Source: an uncultured bacterium
GTDB lineage: Bacteria; SAR324; NAC60-12
NCBI GenBank assembly: GCA_964010765.1
Contig: CAXGMD010000042.1
Coordinates: forward strand, 1 to 28,959
Direction: 5' to 3'
Length of the DNA: 28,959 bases
Both the position numbers and the translations under genes were made by a program. Position 1 is the stretch's first letter; every line of letters starts with the position of its first letter. Shown piece after piece: positions 26,412 through 28,959 of the stretch. The notes beneath the pieces are model-generated. The model did no database searches. It saw nothing but the letters and a program-made list of their open reading frames with translations, and was not told where the DNA came from.

Positions 26412-27641
26412 ATGCTCAAAATCAATGGAGCCCGACTCTGGGATAGCTTGATGGAAATGGCAAAAATTGGGGCAACTCCAGAAGGTGGGGTTTCCAGGGT
26501 GGCAGTCAGTGAAGAGGATCGGCTAGGTCGAGATTTGCTCAGATCGTGGGCAACTCCTCTTGTTGAAGATTACCACTTTGATGAAGTGGGTAACATGTTT
26601 TTCGTTCGTCATGGGCTGCAACCAGGATCCCCAATGATCCTGACAGGAAGCCACCTAGACACCCAGATCCATGGCGGTCGATTTGACGGTGCTTTTGGAG
26701 TGATGGCTGGCTTGGAAGTCCTGAGAACTCTTGCTGAAGAAGATGTACGATTGCCGTATGGGATTGGCTTAGTCGCCTGGACAAATGAGGAGGAAGCACG
26801 TTATTGCCCAGCAATGGGCTCGGCAGTCTTTGTTGGCAAGCAAGACCTGCAATCAGCATTAGATTGTGTTGGACTCAACGGGAAGGTTTTTGGGGAGGAA
26901 CTGAAGAAAATTGGTTATCTTGGCAGTCCGCTAAACTTGAATATTTCTGCTTATCTGGAGGCCCATATTGAGCAAGGGCCAGTACTTGAGAATGAAGAGA
27001 TTCAAATTGGCGTAGTCTCTGGCGCGCAAGGGCAAATCGCTATGAATGCTGAAATTATTGGGGAGGCTGGCCACTCAGGAACTGTTCCAATGAGATTACG
27101 CAAAGACGCCTTGGTTTGTGCGATTGATGTTATCAATACTTGCCGAGATCTTGTCGTCGAGGAGGGGAAGGGGGTCATTACAGTTGGAGCCTTCAAACTG
27201 GAGCCGAATTCGAGGACCACAATCCCAGATAAAATTTCTTTTGGGATTGATTTACGTCACCCAGATGCAGATTCACTCCAAAATTTACAGAATTTGATCA
27301 ACAAGAAAATCAAAGAGAAGGCGGCAGAACATTGCTGTCAGGAAAGAATCGAAGTCCTTTTTCACAAAGAACCGGTTGTCTTCACCGATTCGTGTGTCGA
27401 AAGTGTTCAATCTGCGAGTGATCAACTGAAATACAGCTCTCTTGTGATGCCATCAGGTGCGTTCCATGATGCCTGTTTACTGGCTAGCCAAGTCCCCACA
27501 GGAATGATTTTTGTGCCAAGTCAAAAAGGGGTCAGCCATAATCCCACTGAGTATTCCTCCTCAGAACAACTAGAAAAGGGAGCGAACGTCTTGCTGCACG
27601 CTTTGCTGAATTTGGCTGAAAAAGGAGTTCCGTTGTCATGA
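26412..27641 (+). CDS. M20 family Zn amidohydrolase (N-carbamoyl-amino-acid / beta-ureidopropionase / allantoate amidohydrolase-like)
   Basis: GSHLDT..GGRFDG, WTNEE, EAHIEQGP, GH.GTVPM, SGAFHDA, GMIFVP, SHNP.E. Confidence 0.92.
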   Translation: MLKINGARLWDSLMEMAKIGATPEGGVSRVAVSEEDRLGRDLLRSWATPLVEDYHFDEVGNMFFVRHGLQPGSPMILTGSHLDTQIHGGRFDGAFGVMAGLEVLRTLAEEDVRLPYGIGLVAWTNEEEARYCPAMGSAVFVGKQDLQSALDCVGLNGKVFGEELKKIGYLGSPLNLNISAYLEAHIEQGPVLENEEIQIGVVSGAQGQIAMNAEIIGEAGHSGTVPMRLRKDALVCAIDVINTCRDLVVEEGKGVITVGAFKLEPNSRTTIPDKISFGIDLRHPDADSLQNLQNLINKKIKEKAAEHCCQERIEVLFHKEPVVFTDSCVESVQSASDQLKYSSLVMPSGAFHDACLLASQVPTGMIFVPSQKGVSHNPTEYSSSEQLEKGANVLLHALLNLAEKGVPLS

Positions 27642-28378
27642 CAGCAGAGGTGCCGAAGAGTATCCGGAAGAGATCCGATTTGGTTGCTGACAAAATCAAG
27701 GAGGCTATCATCAGTAAAAAGTTACCTCCTGGTGAGAGGCTCTCAGATGAAAAAGATTTCCTGAAGACTTATCGAGTCAGCAAGGGGACAATGCGGGAAG
27801 CCTTGAAATCACTGGAGGTTCAAGGTCTCGTCAACATCAAGACTGGTCCTGGAGGCGGAGCCTCTGTTGCGAGAGTCAGTGCTGAGAAAACGAATGAGCT
27901 ACTGTGGAATTACTTTTTTTCAAGAAACTTGTCCCTAGAGGATATCTATGCTGTACGTAAACTCGTAGAACCGGAACTAGCAGCGAGTGTAGCAGAGCAT
28001 CTGGATGAAGAAGACCTGCAATTGCTGGAACAATCAGTTGGCCACTGTTCTCTCCACGGATTTGAAAGTAATGATCGAGCGCAGCGCATTCAGGAATTAG
28101 ATTTCCATTTGGTGATGGCAGATGCCTGTCCGAATCCTGTGTTGGCTTTTTTTACAAAGTTTATCCTCAGCCTTCTGGCCCGCATCATCATTCATGAGGA
28201 ACTGAATCCCGATCCACAAACCAGCGCTCAACATAGCCAACAAGGTTTTGACTACCATCAAGCTTTGCTGTTGGCATTTCGAGAACGTAACCCACAGAAA
28301 GCTCGAGAGGTGATGATCGAGCACATGGAATCAGCAGAATCCTTCATGCTGCATATTAGCCACCCGAAGACTTCCTAG
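27638..28378 (+). CDS. GntR-family (FadR subfamily, FCD domain) transcriptional regulator
   Basis: L.PGERL..E......VSKGTMREALKSLE..GL winged HTH; R...E, D..FH, CPNP, H and EHM FCD motifs. ATGA overlap with the M20 gene. Confidence 0.93.
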   Translation: MTAEVPKSIRKRSDLVADKIKEAIISKKLPPGERLSDEKDFLKTYRVSKGTMREALKSLEVQGLVNIKTGPGGGASVARVSAEKTNELLWNYFFSRNLSLEDIYAVRKLVEPELAASVAEHLDEEDLQLLEQSVGHCSLHGFESNDRAQRIQELDFHLVMADACPNPVLAFFTKFILSLLARIIIHEELNPDPQTSAQHSQQGFDYHQALLLAFRERNPQKAREVMIEHMESAESFMLHISHPKTS

Positions 28379-28557
28379 ACTACCCCCTCTAAAATCTACT
28401 GCTTCAGCTATTTCAGCTGAATTGTCCAAGCTGAAACTATCTTTCATTTCTTCAAAATCTAAAATCCTCGACTGAAAACCAGCAATATTTCCATACAACT
28501 GCTACTCTTGTTGGACCAGTTGAAAGGACAGATTATCTGAATCCCTCTGGAGAGATA

Positions 28558-28959
28558 ATGGCTGAGGAATCTGGAAAGGTTGATCAAAAAACCTGGGAAA
28601 ATGACCCAACCCAATCTGAGATAGTGAAAGGCTATGCTTCCTTAACTCAAAGATTAAGCTCTAGTGTTGATGCGGGTGTTTCATCTGAAGTCTTAGAAGA
28701 TCCAACAAATCAGAAAATTTGGGATGCTTCCCCACTTCCATTTGAATTCACAGGAAAAGCCAAAGAATTTTTTGGGATCTGGCTCTCAAATCTTTTGCTG
28801 AGTATTCTCACGCTTGGGATCTACTCGGCCTGGGCTAAAGTTCGTAGACGTAGATTCTTCTTGGGGCATACCCTGATTGGAGGTCACCGCTTTGATTATC
28901 ACGCTGATCCAAAGGTGATTTTAAAAGGAAGAGCTGTCGTAGTCTCTGTGCTGGTTGTG
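28558..28959 (+). CDS. yjgN: YjgN / DUF898 family inner-membrane protein, 3'-truncated by the window edge
   Basis: From ATG 28558 (GGAGAG RBS) an open frame includes ..FEFTGKAKEFFGIWLSNLLLSILTLGIYSAWAKVRRRRFFLGHT..FDYH, the DUF898 signature. Not in the ORF track. Confidence 0.88.
   Translation, partial: MAEESGKVDQKTWENDPTQSEIVKGYASLTQRLSSSVDAGVSSEVLEDPTNQKIWDASPLPFEFTGKAKEFFGIWLSNLLLSILTLGIYSAWAKVRRRRFFLGHTLIGGHRFDYHADPKVILKGRAVVVSVLVV

Noticed and set aside
738..28324. Many 60-143 aa ORFs nested in or antisense to the called genes
   Set aside because: They overlap well-supported genes and lack motifs; expected shadow ORFs.
28403..28436. Short TTCAGCT / AGCTGAA repeats after the GntR gene
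   Set aside because: Only 7-8 bp stems with no U-tract; not a convincing terminator or array.
1..28959. CRISPR arrays, tRNA/rRNA, riboswitches, prophage or defence genes, RiPP precursors
   Set aside because: No regularly spaced repeats or recognisable motifs seen by eye. An Infernal/Rfam scan of the longer intergenic regions (80-404, 13662-13953, 15508-15841, 17914-18172) is needed to exclude structured RNAs.

Overview
A 29-kb gene-dense bacterial window dominated by solute uptake and small-molecule catabolism. It contains: (1) an IS1-like transposase N-terminus at the left edge; (2) an AT-rich operon with a ribose-type sugar ABC transporter, a phosphotriesterase-family hydrolase, a DUF1355/GATase1-like protein and a PfkB kinase; (3) an atypical SDR divergent from AhpD/CMD, CnbZ-like and MFS genes; (4) an AT-rich family-5 (Dpp/Opp-type) ABC operon with no enzymes or regulator; (5) a possible decayed gene remnant; (6) two tandem unannotated HTH + coiled-coil genes resembling RacA / pSK1 Par in architecture, one with a C-terminal membrane anchor; (7) a nucleoside hydrolase; (8) a DUF1028 gene divergent from a second Dpp-type ABC operon (fused permease-ATPase) followed by an M42 peptidase, an M20 amidohydrolase and a GntR/FadR regulator, with a twin palindromic operator in the shared promoter; (9) a truncated yjgN. 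No rRNA, tRNA or CRISPR array was seen. The best candidates for undescribed systems are the HTH-coiled-coil pair (possible DNA-membrane tether) and the twin-operator uptake/hydrolysis locus. All family calls come from motif recognition by eye, not database searches. Start codons were refined manually where the ORF track over-extends.
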